Of a stretch of 64,000 nucleotides of DNA, positions 51,773 to 63,147 are shown in pieces (position 1 is the first letter of the stretch; the number at the start of each line of letters is the position of its first letter). Where the stretch lies: the NCBI GenBank assembly GCA_046350775.1, contig JAXLZS010000001.1:545838-609837 (forward strand). The letters are read 5' to 3'. The notes beneath the pieces are model-generated. The model had not been told where the DNA came from. It saw only the letters and a list, made by a program, of their open reading frames with translations, and did not search any database. Made by a program: the position numbers and the translations under genes. The stretch comes from Minisyncoccota bacterium. GTDB taxonomy: Bacteria; Patescibacteriota; Minisyncoccia; Phycocordibacterales; UBA5272.

Positions 51773-52768
51773 ATGTCTTTAATAGAAATCTCTAGAAATA
51801 ACCAAAATAAAAAAAATGAAAGATTGGTAAAAAATAAAGAAGATGCTAATAATTTGTTGCGAAAATTAAGAAATCTTTTTATTGCTGCTGCAAGTACTAT
51901 TGCAATGACAAGTTCAGTCTTAGCTCAAAAACATAAAGGGGTAGAAAAAGAGAGAGAGCCAATAGAAGTTACAGATAAAAATGATAAAAGGCTTTTAAAA
52001 TATCAAGATAGTTTAAATTTATATAAATCATATGAATTTCAGAAAAGGAATCTAAATTGGAAAGCTTCTCTACAGAAAATAGTAGCCAGTCTGAATGAAT
52101 CGGCTAAGGGTAGTAAAATATTAAAGCCTACAACAGTAGAAGAATTAAATGAGGCTAGGCAGAAAAACATGGGTAAAATTGGCGAGACTCAAAAAATTAA
52201 GAAAGATTATAATTATAATAATTATAAAAAAGATCCAACACAAGGATATGACCCTATGGATAGAGATGCGGGTGATTATAAGGTATATGACTACGATAAA
52301 TCTCTAAAATTTAATGAGCCTGTGGTCGTAGGAAAATACAGTTCTCCAGACATAGTTCACAAGACAATAAAACCAATAGGAGAATATTTTGATGGAATTG
52401 CTATAAGCCCCGTCTACAAAAAACCCGTTCAACCTGTAATATATAAGAAGCCAGAAATTAAAAAGGATACTGTTTACGTAGAGAAAGTAATCGTAGGAGA
52501 GAAGAAAGTAGTAGGTCCAACTACTACAAAAAAAGAAGAAGTGCCTGCTCCACAAATACATTTCAGAGACTTCGGGGCGTTACCACTTTACGATGCACAA
52601 CAGCATTTCGTTGGCCAGCCAGTACTACTTAAAAATGGTATGGTTCAGCTTATAGATCAGAATGGTAAGCTCATTGGTAAACCAACAGAAAGGGGACTGG
52701 TAAATCAATATGGAAATACTAATAGAGGTAACGCTAAACTTGAAGAATTGTTTGGGGTTAATAAATAA
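51773..52768 (+). CDS. Hypothetical protein
   Basis: 331-aa ORF with an internal signal-like segment. Confidence 0.7.
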   Translation: MSLIEISRNNQNKKNERLVKNKEDANNLLRKLRNLFIAAASTIAMTSSVLAQKHKGVEKEREPIEVTDKNDKRLLKYQDSLNLYKSYEFQKRNLNWKASLQKIVASLNESAKGSKILKPTTVEELNEARQKNMGKIGETQKIKKDYNYNNYKKDPTQGYDPMDRDAGDYKVYDYDKSLKFNEPVVVGKYSSPDIVHKTIKPIGEYFDGIAISPVYKKPVQPVIYKKPEIKKDTVYVEKVIVGEKKVVGPTTTKKEEVPAPQIHFRDFGALPLYDAQQHFVGQPVLLKNGMVQLIDQNGKLIGKPTERGLVNQYGNTNRGNAKLEELFGVNK

Positions 52769-52840
52769 AATTATAGACTTATATTTTTATTTTATATATA
52801 ATTAAAATAAAGATCATTGGTATTATTTTAATATAAATAT

Positions 52841-53308
52841 ATGAAAAAAATTTTAAAAATACTCTTACTTATTATTGTAATAATTATTCTGGCGATATTG
52901 TTTTTTAATTTTTATAAAAACTTTAAAACTGATTCTAATAAATTTTCAGATAAATCTAAAGAAAATATTGTTGCAACTACAACTTATTTATATAAAAATC
53001 ACGGATTTAGTATCGAATTACCAAAAGGATATACGCCAAAAGAGATCCAGTCTGAAGGTGGACCTTCAATTTCTATTTCCTTACCAGACGCAAATTTAGT
53101 TTATGTCACCAATGCTTATTTTTGGGAGAAGAATGTCATACCAAGCTATACTTATATAAGGGAAGAGAAAATAGGATCAACAATGTTTAAGGTTTATAAT
53201 TATGGTAATGATTTTGTTTTTTATTGGTTTAAACAAGCAAATGTTGGATATGAATATCGTGGTAATCTAGAACTGCTAAAAACATTCAAATTTACAGGTT
53301 GGCAATAA
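52841..53308 (+). CDS. Hypothetical membrane-anchored protein
   Basis: N-terminal TM segment; Y.N.GFSIELP.G...TFKF motif common in CPR surface proteins. Confidence 0.7.
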   Translation: MKKILKILLLIIVIIILAILFFNFYKNFKTDSNKFSDKSKENIVATTTYLYKNHGFSIELPKGYTPKEIQSEGGPSISISLPDANLVYVTNAYFWEKNVIPSYTYIREEKIGSTMFKVYNYGNDFVFYWFKQANVGYEYRGNLELLKTFKFTGWQ

Positions 53309-53614
53309 ATAGAAATTTTGCCTTAAAAATCAAGCTTATTTTGGGATTTATAAAAAGGCTTTAAAATAAGGACTTTTCCTTGCATTATTTTTCCCTTTAT
53401 GCTAATATTATTTAACTTAGCTAATAGGTTTTTATTTACTCTAATTTTTAAAATTAAGTATAAAAATACTTACTAGTTTGGGTGCGCTTTTTGTAAATAA
53501 AATATAGATTAACAGGAGCCTGTCTAACTCAATCAGACAGGTTCGCAACAACATAATGAATCTTCGAAAAGATTCAAAGCAAAGAATTTATACAAATTTC
53601 TTTTGCTCCGTTTT

Positions 53615-55137
<1,523 letters not shown>

Positions 55138-55364
55138 TGAAAAATCGTGCACACGCTATAGCGTGCATGCATTTGTCGAACAAATCTTTTGATTTCGTAA
55201 AAGTTTATTAGAACTCAAAACTAATCGAGATACTTCGAGATGTATCAAAAGTCGCGTGCTAAATAGAGATAATATTTATCTCGCAGGATAAATCGCGCTA
55301 GAAGCGGAGCAAAAGAAAGGTGTATAAATTTTATGTTGATTCTATATTTTATTCTTCAAAAAAG

Positions 55365-55399
55365 AAATTAAAACTCCTAGTAACAGGAGTTTTAATTTT
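55365..55399 (+). terminator. Terminator of the 16S transcript
   Basis: AAATTAAAACTCCT...AGGAGTTTTAATTTT. Confidence 0.75.
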
Positions 55400-55486
55400 G
55401 TTGCTATTTTTATTGTATTGTTGTATAGTATTAATACTACTAAATTAATAGTAGTATTACATAATCATTAACATAAATAAAAATAT

Positions 55487-56011
55487 ATGAACAATAAATT
55501 CGTTTTAATAATAAATGGGCCTATAGATTCAGGATCGAGAAGGGTTGTAGAAATTTTAATGGAAAAATTAAAAAGAGTTTTTTTAGCTTCTGCTAATAAA
55601 ATTAAATTTTTAATTTCCGATTATACTCCAGATAAAGATAGAAAAATTATTCATGAATCAGTTTTATTTTTAGCAGAGAAAATGCTTCAAAATGATATCT
55701 CGTTAATCGTGGAAGGTGGATCGGTAGAACAAGAGAATTTAAATAAAAAGATAAAAGATTTAGCTAATAAAGAAAATATAAAAATCATTACAGTAAATAT
55801 TGAGTCACCAGTAGAAGTATTGAGAGAGAGGTTTTTAAAAAGACTGGAAAAATCAGCAACATCAGGACAAAAAGCTAGCGTGTTTGATGAAGAGGGATTT
55901 ATGAAAAGAGTAAATGCTTATTTTGATCTTAAAAATCCTGAAGACGCAACATTTGATTCAAGCGTCGAAGCCCCAGAATCAATTGCAAAAAAGATATTAT
56001 TATTAATTTAA
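55487..56011 (+). CDS. P-loop kinase-like protein (AAA_33 type) with degenerate Walker A
   Basis: LIINGPIDSGSRR, LIVEG, lid motif LRER...R, FDSS...PE. Confidence 0.7.
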   Translation: MNNKFVLIINGPIDSGSRRVVEILMEKLKRVFLASANKIKFLISDYTPDKDRKIIHESVLFLAEKMLQNDISLIVEGGSVEQENLNKKIKDLANKENIKIITVNIESPVEVLRERFLKRLEKSATSGQKASVFDEEGFMKRVNAYFDLKNPEDATFDSSVEAPESIAKKILLLI

Positions 56012-56019
56012 TACATTTT

Positions 56020-56826
56020 ATGAAAATTTTAATAATGGCAGATATTCATCATGGTAATAATGTAAATTATGAATATCTAAATGGAAAAGATTATATAAAT
56101 GTATTTGGTGAAGAATTCAAAAATGTTTATAAGAAAATACAACCATTAACAAAAGAAGTAGATTTAGTTGTTAATCTGGGAGATTTAATTCAAGATGAAA
56201 ATAAAGAAAAAGATATTGCGCTATATAAAGAAGCATTATCTCTTTTAGAAGAAAACAATTCTAAAAAGATACATTATGTTTTAGGTAATCATGATTTAAG
56301 AAATCTGGAACATAAAGATTTAAATATTATTTTAGATAGAGAAAAAGAAACATATTCGTTTGATTTGGATGGATATCATCATATTATTCTTTCCGCAAAG
56401 AGAGATGATAGTTTATTGAATACGGAAGGGTATCATAGAGGTAAAGAGCAATATTTTGTAGAGGATAAAGATCTTAAATGGCTAGAAGAAGATTTAAATA
56501 ATACAAAATTACCAACAATTATTTATTCACACTATCCAATTGACGAACAAGGATTTACAAATAATTATTATTTTAAAAATTTACCAGAAAGTGGGAGGTT
56601 GCAAAATAGAAAAATCGTTAGAGAAATTTTAGAAAAATCTAAAAAAGTAAAAGCTTTCTTTTCAGGGCATATTCATTTTTATAATAAAGAAATTATAAAA
56701 GATATAGAGTATATTAGCATTCCTTCTTTCTCAGAAAATGATGGAGAAGGAAAACCAAATCATTTATTAGCGATAATAACAATAGAAACTAATATTATTA
56801 TAGATTTAATAAAGATACAAAATTAA
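56020..56826 (+). CDS. Calcineurin-like metallophosphoesterase
   Basis: ADIH, NLGD, GNHD, SHYP, SGHIH. Confidence 0.92.
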   Translation: MKILIMADIHHGNNVNYEYLNGKDYINVFGEEFKNVYKKIQPLTKEVDLVVNLGDLIQDENKEKDIALYKEALSLLEENNSKKIHYVLGNHDLRNLEHKDLNIILDREKETYSFDLDGYHHIILSAKRDDSLLNTEGYHRGKEQYFVEDKDLKWLEEDLNNTKLPTIIYSHYPIDEQGFTNNYYFKNLPESGRLQNRKIVREILEKSKKVKAFFSGHIHFYNKEIIKDIEYISIPSFSENDGEGKPNHLLAIITIETNIIIDLIKIQN

Positions 56827-56870
56827 GACCTCTGACAACAAGAGTTTTAATTTTGTTGTATAATTAATCC

Positions 56871-57275
56871 ATGACTAATCATCAGCATCTTTTTCGTTAT
56901 ATAAAAAATAAAACATCCTCTGGATCTTCAAAGGAAGAAATTAAATCTATATTGATGGAAGTTGGCTGGAAAGATGAAATTTTGGAAGAGGCTTTTATTA
57001 TTGTAGAAGAAAAAGAAAGAAAGAGAAAAAATAAATTTAAAAAAGCTGGATTTTTGATATTTATATTTTTAATTTCAGCAATTTTGTTTTTTAGTTTTTT
57101 GTTTTATCAGAAAAATGAAATGAATGAAAGATTATATAGACAGAAAGAGATAAAAATAGAAACTGTAGAAAATATTAATCCAAATCTTAGTCAGCAGGAG
57201 TATGTTGAAAAGATGTATGGGAAAGAAAGAGTTTATTCTGCTACCACTTCCTCGACTTCTGTTATTAGAAATTAA
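56871..57275 (+). CDS. Hypothetical membrane protein
   Basis: YI......G.SKEEI...L...GW....EAF N-terminal motif plus a TM segment. Confidence 0.7.
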   Translation: MTNHQHLFRYIKNKTSSGSSKEEIKSILMEVGWKDEILEEAFIIVEEKERKRKNKFKKAGFLIFIFLISAILFFSFLFYQKNEMNERLYRQKEIKIETVENINPNLSQQEYVEKMYGKERVYSATTSSTSVIRN

Positions 57276-57277
57276 TC

Positions 57278-57808
57278 ATGTTAAAAAGTCTACAAAATAT
57301 ATTTCAACAAAAGTTTTATAGAAAATTATTTATAATTTTAAATATTATTTTTCTTTTAGTTTATTTTTTCTTTACCAATTTTTTTTCAGCTGTCAAGATT
57401 TTTAATGCGCCTCTTTTTTCTCAGTCAGAAAAATGGAGTATTTTTTTTAGGTCATTTTTTGACATTTCTAGTTTAGAAAATATTTTAATGTTGACGCTGG
57501 CAATTCTTTTTATTTTATCTTTATCCTTATTTTCTATTTTATTACTGGTGCTTTTTAGTAGTTCAAAGAAAATATATAAGAAAAAGAGTTTTTTAGGAAT
57601 CGTTGGTATTTTTATATCTGTATTAGGTCTTTCTTGCGCTACTTGTGGAATTGGTCTTCTAGCCTCTCTTTTGTCACTTTTCGGACTTTCTGGACTTGTG
57701 ATTTATTTTCCTCTCCATGGCCTAGAATTTGGCTTTTTAGGGCTTTTAGTATTAAATATTAGCAATTATATCTTATTAAAGAGAATTAAAAATCCATATA
57801 TTTGCTAG
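57278..57808 (+). CDS. Hypothetical multi-pass membrane protein with CxxC
   Basis: GLSCATCG and P..G.E motifs; about 4 TM segments. Confidence 0.7.
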   Translation: MLKSLQNIFQQKFYRKLFIILNIIFLLVYFFFTNFFSAVKIFNAPLFSQSEKWSIFFRSFFDISSLENILMLTLAILFILSLSLFSILLLVLFSSSKKIYKKKSFLGIVGIFISVLGLSCATCGIGLLASLLSLFGLSGLVIYFPLHGLEFGFLGLLVLNISNYILLKRIKNPYIC

Positions 57809-57859
57809 ATCCCATTTATTGCTCAAAGTGGCTTTTTGTGATAAAATGTAAAAACATTT

Positions 57860-57932
57860 GCGCGAATAGCTCAGCTGGTAGAGCACTCGACTGATACTCG
57901 AGCGGTCCCAAGTTCGAATCTTGGTTCGCGCA
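57860..57932 (+). tRNA. tRNA-Ile(GAT)
   Basis: Cloverleaf with acceptor GCGCGAA/TTCGCGC, anticodon arm CTCGA-CTGATAC-TCGAG, T loop TTCGAAT; CCA not encoded. Confidence 0.92.
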
Positions 57933-57997
57933 CAAAATCAATAAAATAAAAAAAGACCGTTATTTAAACTAGTCTTTTTTGTAAAAATCATACAGTT

Positions 57998-58387
57998 TTA
58001 TTCTGTGACTTTCGTTTTAGGTTTTAACTCACAGTAAATTGTCCCGACACGACCTTTGTATTTTGTTTTCATTTCTCTGAAAATTTGGACATTAGGTGTC
58101 CCTCTTAATTTTTTAAAAATCTCAAAGGTTTTTATAGGTATGCAACTAAGAGACCCTTCACCGTGTTCTATTTGTACATAGTCAGCATCATTATTGTATT
58201 CAATTAATTTTCTCAATAGTTCATGATCTATACTATGAACATAGAACTTGTGTCTTGAGAACTTCAAAGAGTAATTTTTTTTCGATTTTATCTCTTTTGG
58301 TTCACCAGAAATTACACCTTTTTCAATATCTCTTAACTGTTGAATTGTTTGTCTTCGAGTTTTTTCTGGACCTTGCGATTTTCTCAT
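57998..58387 (-). CDS. Basic hypothetical protein
   Basis: 129-aa ORF with an upstream promoter-like TTGCAT..TAGAAT and a shared terminator at 57948-57980. Confidence 0.6.
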   Translation of the reverse strand: MRKSQGPEKTRRQTIQQLRDIEKGVISGEPKEIKSKKNYSLKFSRHKFYVHSIDHELLRKLIEYNNDADYVQIEHGEGSLSCIPIKTFEIFKKLRGTPNVQIFREMKTKYKGRVGTIYCELKPKTKVTE

Positions 58388-58507
58388 GTTTATTTTTTTT
58401 AATGGTTTACAATTTTTTTAAGAACGAGTCTTTATTCTACAACTTTTTCAGAAAAATGCAAGCCACTTTAAAAGTGCATCTATGATAAAATATTTTCATA
58501 AATAGCT

Positions 58508-59671
58508 ATGAAAATCTTTGATATTTTAAGAAAAATTCGCAAGGATTTTTCCCCTTATGAAAACTCTATAGAAGTTTTGATTTTTAGAGATAATCTACTT
58601 CATAATTTAAATGAATATAAAAACAGATTTCCAGATTTCTCTTTTGCTCCAGTTTTAAAAAGTAATGCTTATGGTCACGGACTTCTAGAGGTAGCAAAAA
58701 TTTTAGATAAAGAAAAAGTCCCTTTTTTTGCAGTAGATTCACTTTATGAAGCCAGACTTTTAAAAGCGAAAAATATCAAAAAAGATATTTTAATAATCGG
58801 CTATACAAGACTAGAGAATCTTTCAAGATTTAATTCTTCTCAATTTATTTTTACTATAGTCAGTTTGGCGGAATTAAAAAGATTATCAGAAAATTTTTCT
58901 AAATCTAAAAAATTGAGAATTCATATAAAGATAGATACTGGCATGCATAGACAGGGAGTTTTGATAGATGAAATAGATGAGGCTATAGGCATTTTAAAAA
59001 ATAATAAGAATCTGAATTTAGAGGGTATTTGCTCACACCTAGCTGATGCTGACAGTGAAGAAAAATCTTTTACTCAATCTCAAATTGAAAACTGGAAAAA
59101 GGTGGTGAATAAATTTAAAAATAATTTTTCAGATATAAAATATTTTCACACTTCTGCTACAGCTGGAACTTTTTATAATCAAAAAGATTTTGGCAATGTT
59201 ATCCGTCTCGGCATTGGTCTTTATGGTATAAACAATTCTCCATTTTTGGATATGAATTTAAAGCCCGCCATGCGGGTCGAATCTGTAGTCAGCACGATAA
59301 GAAATCTAAAAAAAGGTGAAAGTGTTGGCTACAATCACACTCACACCCTTGATCGTGATTCAAAAGTCGCCACTGTGCCGATGGGATATTTTGAGGGCAT
59401 TGATAGGAGACTTTCTAATATAGGATCATTTAAAATCGGAGAAAAATATTGCGATATACTCGGTAGAGTAAGTATGAATATGTCTTCTGTAGATGTCACA
59501 GAGTTGCCTGATTTAAATCTGGATGACAAAGTTATAGTTTTAAGTGAAATTCTCGACGATAAAAATTCTGTAGTTAATCTTGCTAAGCTGGCAAATACTA
59601 TCCCATATGATATATTGGTAAATATTATGCCACATTTAAAGCGACGAATCATAGGAAATTATGAAAAATAA
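58508..59671 (+). CDS. alr: Alanine racemase
   Basis: VLKSNAYGHG (PLP lysine), HIKIDTGM.RQG, SHLA.AD, R.GI.LYG, GRVSM. Confidence 0.96.
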   Translation: MKIFDILRKIRKDFSPYENSIEVLIFRDNLLHNLNEYKNRFPDFSFAPVLKSNAYGHGLLEVAKILDKEKVPFFAVDSLYEARLLKAKNIKKDILIIGYTRLENLSRFNSSQFIFTIVSLAELKRLSENFSKSKKLRIHIKIDTGMHRQGVLIDEIDEAIGILKNNKNLNLEGICSHLADADSEEKSFTQSQIENWKKVVNKFKNNFSDIKYFHTSATAGTFYNQKDFGNVIRLGIGLYGINNSPFLDMNLKPAMRVESVVSTIRNLKKGESVGYNHTHTLDRDSKVATVPMGYFEGIDRRLSNIGSFKIGEKYCDILGRVSMNMSSVDVTELPDLNLDDKVIVLSEILDDKNSVVNLAKLANTIPYDILVNIMPHLKRRIIGNYEK

Positions 59672-60374
59672 AGAAGAAAAAACATACTCTACATTTTATA
59701 TAGTCGGTACTCCAATTGGTAATCTAGAAGATATGACTTTTAGAGCTGTAAGGATTTTAAAAGAAGTGGATTTGATTTTGTGTGAAGATGTCTCAAATGC
59801 TCAAAAAATTTTAAGACATTTTGATATAGATACAAAATGTACAAATTATTTTGCCAATTCTAGACTGAGTAAAATAGATGATATCGTAGATATGTTGAAA
59901 GAAGGAAAAAATGTAGCATTAATTTCTGATGCTGGTATGCCAACTATTTCTGATCCAGGTAGTCTTTTGATAGAAAAGATTTATCAAGCTAAAAAAGATG
60001 ATCTGGCTATAGATATAAAAGTTATACCTGGTCCGACAGCTATCACAAGTAGTTTTGCTTTATCTGGTCTCACTGGCAATGAATTTACATTTTTAGGATT
60101 TTTGCCACACAAAAAAGGTAGAGAGACTTTGTTTAAAGAGATAGCCGACAATAAAAGAGTTTCTATTTTTTATGAATCTGTACACAGATTTGAGAAATGT
60201 CTAGAAAGTCTAGAGAAAGTTTTAGAAGAAGATAGGATGATAGTTGTAGCTCGTGAGCTCACAAAAATTCACGAAGAAGTAGTGAGAGGAAATATTGGAG
60301 AAGTAAAAGAGTATTTTGAGCAAAATAAAGATAAAGTGAGAGGTGAGTTTGTCATACTGGTCGACGGGAAATAA
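59661..60374 (+). CDS. rsmI: 16S rRNA (cytidine1402-2'-O)-methyltransferase
   Basis: V.TPIGNLED.T.RA, ISDAG.P.ISDPG, FYES.HR, ARELTK.HEE. Confidence 0.96.
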   Translation: MKNKEEKTYSTFYIVGTPIGNLEDMTFRAVRILKEVDLILCEDVSNAQKILRHFDIDTKCTNYFANSRLSKIDDIVDMLKEGKNVALISDAGMPTISDPGSLLIEKIYQAKKDDLAIDIKVIPGPTAITSSFALSGLTGNEFTFLGFLPHKKGRETLFKEIADNKRVSIFYESVHRFEKCLESLEKVLEEDRMIVVARELTKIHEEVVRGNIGEVKEYFEQNKDKVRGEFVILVDGK

Positions 60375-60415
60375 TGTTATAATTCAAAAACACAAAATTA
60401 TAAAATTAAAATATT

Positions 60416-61762
60416 ATGTCTGGATTTAAAATCACCGGTGCAAGAAAATTAAAAGGAAAAGTAAAGACCAATACTTCAAAAAATGGTGCAGTCAATATGA
60501 TAGTAGCCTCACTGCTAAATGAGGGAGAGACTATTTTACACAGGATTCCAAAGATAGAAGAAGTGTTTCGCTATATAGAGATTGTACGTAGTCTAAATGT
60601 AGAGATAGATTGGATTGATGAAAAAACAAAAGAGAAAAAAGAATCTGGTACGAGTCTAAGAATAAAAATCAAAAAAGGGGGAATTAGTTTTAAAAATTTA
60701 GATATAAAGACAGCTAATATGGTGAGAAGTTTCACTTTCGTGGGAGCTCTGATTCATGCTAGTAAAAATTTTAAATGGCCAAATTCTGGAGGATGTAAAA
60801 TGGGAGAGAGGACAGTGGCAGCTCATAAATATGGTCTAGAATATTTTGGTGTAGATATCAAGACAAAAGAAAGTTTTTATGAGATAAAAAGTAAATCTTT
60901 ACATTCCGCAAAGCTTATACCAATGTATGAATCTAGTGATACTGGCGCTATAAATTTACTTTTAGCAGCAAGTAAAGTAAAAGGTGAATCTGTCATAAAA
61001 TTTGCTCCACCAAATTATCAAGTTCAAGACGTATGTTTTTTACTTGAAAAATTTGGAGTAAAAATAGAAGGTATAGGTACTAGTACTTTGAGGGTGATGG
61101 GGACAGAAAATATAAATCTCAATGTGGAGCATTTTAATTCAGAAGATCCAATTGACGCTATGTTTTTCATTTCCTCTGCCATCGTCACCAATTCTATTTT
61201 GACTGTTACTCATGCTCCAATAGAATTTCTTGAACTCGAATTAGAAAAATTAAAAAGAATGGGAGTAAGATTTGAAATGGGAAAAGAGTATTTGAGTGAA
61301 AACAAAAAGACAAAATTAGTAGATATTAAAATATTAGAAAGAAAGACCGGTGAAAAATTAATAGCTCTACATGACAAGATTCATACAGCAGCTTTTCCGG
61401 CTATCAACAATGACAATCTTCCATTTTTTGTGCCAATTGCTGCTCTTGCAGAAGGGATCACACTTGTCCATGATTGGACATGGGAAAATAGAGCTATTTA
61501 TTTTACAGAATTAAATCGTCTTGGAGCGGATGTGAGATTGGCTGATCCTCATCGTGTATTTATAAACGGAGTAAAAGAATTAAAGGGTGCAGAAGTTGTC
61601 TGTCCTCCAGCACTTCGTCCGGCTGCTATAATTTTAGTTGCTATGCTGTCAGCCAAAGGTGTGTCTATTTTGAGAAATGTCTACTCTATAAAGAGGGGAT
61701 ATGAAGGTATAGCAGAAAGACTCAACAAGCTGGGAGCCAGGGTGGAAGTTTTAAAAGATTAA
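60416..61762 (+). CDS. murA: UDP-N-acetylglucosamine 1-carboxyvinyltransferase
   Basis: SKN, GGC.MG.R (catalytic Cys), WENR, LR....L..A.L.AKG.S, RGYE...RL..LGA. Confidence 0.9.
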   Translation: MSGFKITGARKLKGKVKTNTSKNGAVNMIVASLLNEGETILHRIPKIEEVFRYIEIVRSLNVEIDWIDEKTKEKKESGTSLRIKIKKGGISFKNLDIKTANMVRSFTFVGALIHASKNFKWPNSGGCKMGERTVAAHKYGLEYFGVDIKTKESFYEIKSKSLHSAKLIPMYESSDTGAINLLLAASKVKGESVIKFAPPNYQVQDVCFLLEKFGVKIEGIGTSTLRVMGTENINLNVEHFNSEDPIDAMFFISSAIVTNSILTVTHAPIEFLELELEKLKRMGVRFEMGKEYLSENKKTKLVDIKILERKTGEKLIALHDKIHTAAFPAINNDNLPFFVPIAALAEGITLVHDWTWENRAIYFTELNRLGADVRLADPHRVFINGVKELKGAEVVCPPALRPAAIILVAMLSAKGVSILRNVYSIKRGYEGIAERLNKLGARVEVLKD

Positions 61763-61792
61763 ATATATTTGCTATAATAATCAAAAACAAAT

Positions 61793-61972
61793 ATGACCAA
61801 AAGATTTTTTCAAAGATTACTTTTAACAATAATAGTATTGCTTGCCATTTTTATACATGTACCAAATATTTTCAAGGACGCACTCATAATTTTACTTTCT
61901 GCAGCTTTATTTCTTTCTACTTTTGATGTTTATCCAAAAAAGAAGCAAAGGACGGAAAATGTGGTAGGATAA
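61793..61972 (+). CDS. Small 59-aa two-TM membrane protein (below the ORF-track cutoff)
   Basis: MTKRFFQRLLLTIIVLLAIFIHVPNIFKDALIILLSAALFLSTFDVYPKKKQRTENVVG; TGCTATAAT upstream. Confidence 0.6.
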   Translation: MTKRFFQRLLLTIIVLLAIFIHVPNIFKDALIILLSAALFLSTFDVYPKKKQRTENVVG

Positions 61973-62063
61973 ATCATTTTATACTAAAATCTTCATTTTT
62001 TTCACTTTTGCATTTCAAATTATTTTTTGGTATACTTATTGAGTTATTTTATAAATAAAATAT

Positions 62064-62113
62064 TCCGCTTTAGCTCAGCGGCAAAAGAAAGATGGACAGT
62101 TGACTGTCAGCCA
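62064..62113 (+). pseudogene. Degenerate 5' copy of tRNA-Asn
   Basis: AATAAAATATTCCG...TAGCTCAGCGG...CAGTTG.CTGT.A.CCA repeats the leader and 5' half of the tRNA located 97 bp downstream; no T arm. Confidence 0.65.
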
Positions 62114-62160
62114 AAATAAATCATTTTTTTGAAAATGAGTTAAGTTTTAAAATAAAATAT

Positions 62161-62232
62161 TCCGTGGTAGCTCAGCGGTAGAGCAGTTGGCTGTTAACCA
62201 ATTGGTCGCAGGTTCGATCCCTGCCCACGGAG
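62161..62232 (+). tRNA. tRNA-Asn(GTT)
   Basis: Acceptor TCCGTGG/CCACGGA, anticodon arm GTTGG-CTGTTAA-CCAAT, G73. Confidence 0.96.
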
Positions 62233-62373
62233 CTAGACTTGACATAATATATTTATAATGTTATACTTTATATAGTTTTTTATTAGGTAGTTTTTATTAT
62301 GTTTGTTTAGTTTTTAAGAATCTTAAGAGTTAAACAGACATAATAATTATTTAACCCAATAAATCTTTAAACA

Positions 62374-62910
62374 ATGAACACAATTGATTTTGTTCTTAAA
62401 CAAAAAGGAACTGGCTATTATTTTTCCAATCCCAAAAAAGATACCGAAAATGAAATCTTCCACAACAAACAAGACGGAGTTAAAATACTCGTCGATTATT
62501 TAGAGGAGAAAATTATTTCGGTATGTAAAGCTCTTGAGCTTATAGACGAAATAACCGCTTTAAGATATTTTCCGATAACAAGAGAAGTTAAAGCTTATCA
62601 ACTTGCGGAAGATATTTTATCCTTATCTGTAATAATGAAAGTTAAGAAAGATTTGCAGGAACTTTCCGAAACAGAAACCGAAACAGATTTACCTAAATTC
62701 AAAATATGTAATTGCGGTAAGCACGGTAAAATAATCGGACAGGATTTTGTTTCTTTAGAACTCACAAGTAAAGAAGCTGGCGGAGATGCTATAGAGGAAC
62801 TTTTTGGAGACGGAAAAATTAACCGCGATGAAAGAGAGAAACTCAAAGTACAAATTGAGGAAAGTACATTGCCTAAAAAGGTAAGCACCAGAAATCCTTC
62901 GTTAAATTAG
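62374..62910 (+). CDS. Hypothetical protein
   Basis: 178-aa ORF with CNCGKH motif; own promoter (TTGACA..TATACT) and terminator at 62930-62967. Confidence 0.7.
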   Translation: MNTIDFVLKQKGTGYYFSNPKKDTENEIFHNKQDGVKILVDYLEEKIISVCKALELIDEITALRYFPITREVKAYQLAEDILSLSVIMKVKKDLQELSETETETDLPKFKICNCGKHGKIIGQDFVSLELTSKEAGGDAIEELFGDGKINRDEREKLKVQIEESTLPKKVSTRNPSLN

Positions 62911-63147
62911 ACGGTGGTTAGTTAAATACAAAGCTGAGCAAATCTTTATGATGAGCTCAGTTTTTTTATTTATATATAGTGATACAGGGTGTAGGGGATA
63001 TTATCCTTTTATTATTTCCTTCCGAACATCATCCCACACTCGGAGCAAAATTTTAAGCTAGGTTTTTCAATAGTTATTTTCGTCTGTACTTAGGACAGTT
63101 CGAACCTATTTTTATATAATTCGTTTTTGTTGTATAATAAAAATATT

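Noticed and set aside
63010-63110. Possible tRNA or ncRNA fragment (GGTTCGAAC on the minus strand, TCCGA/TCGGA stem)
   Set aside because: No cloverleaf or recognisable family could be built by eye.
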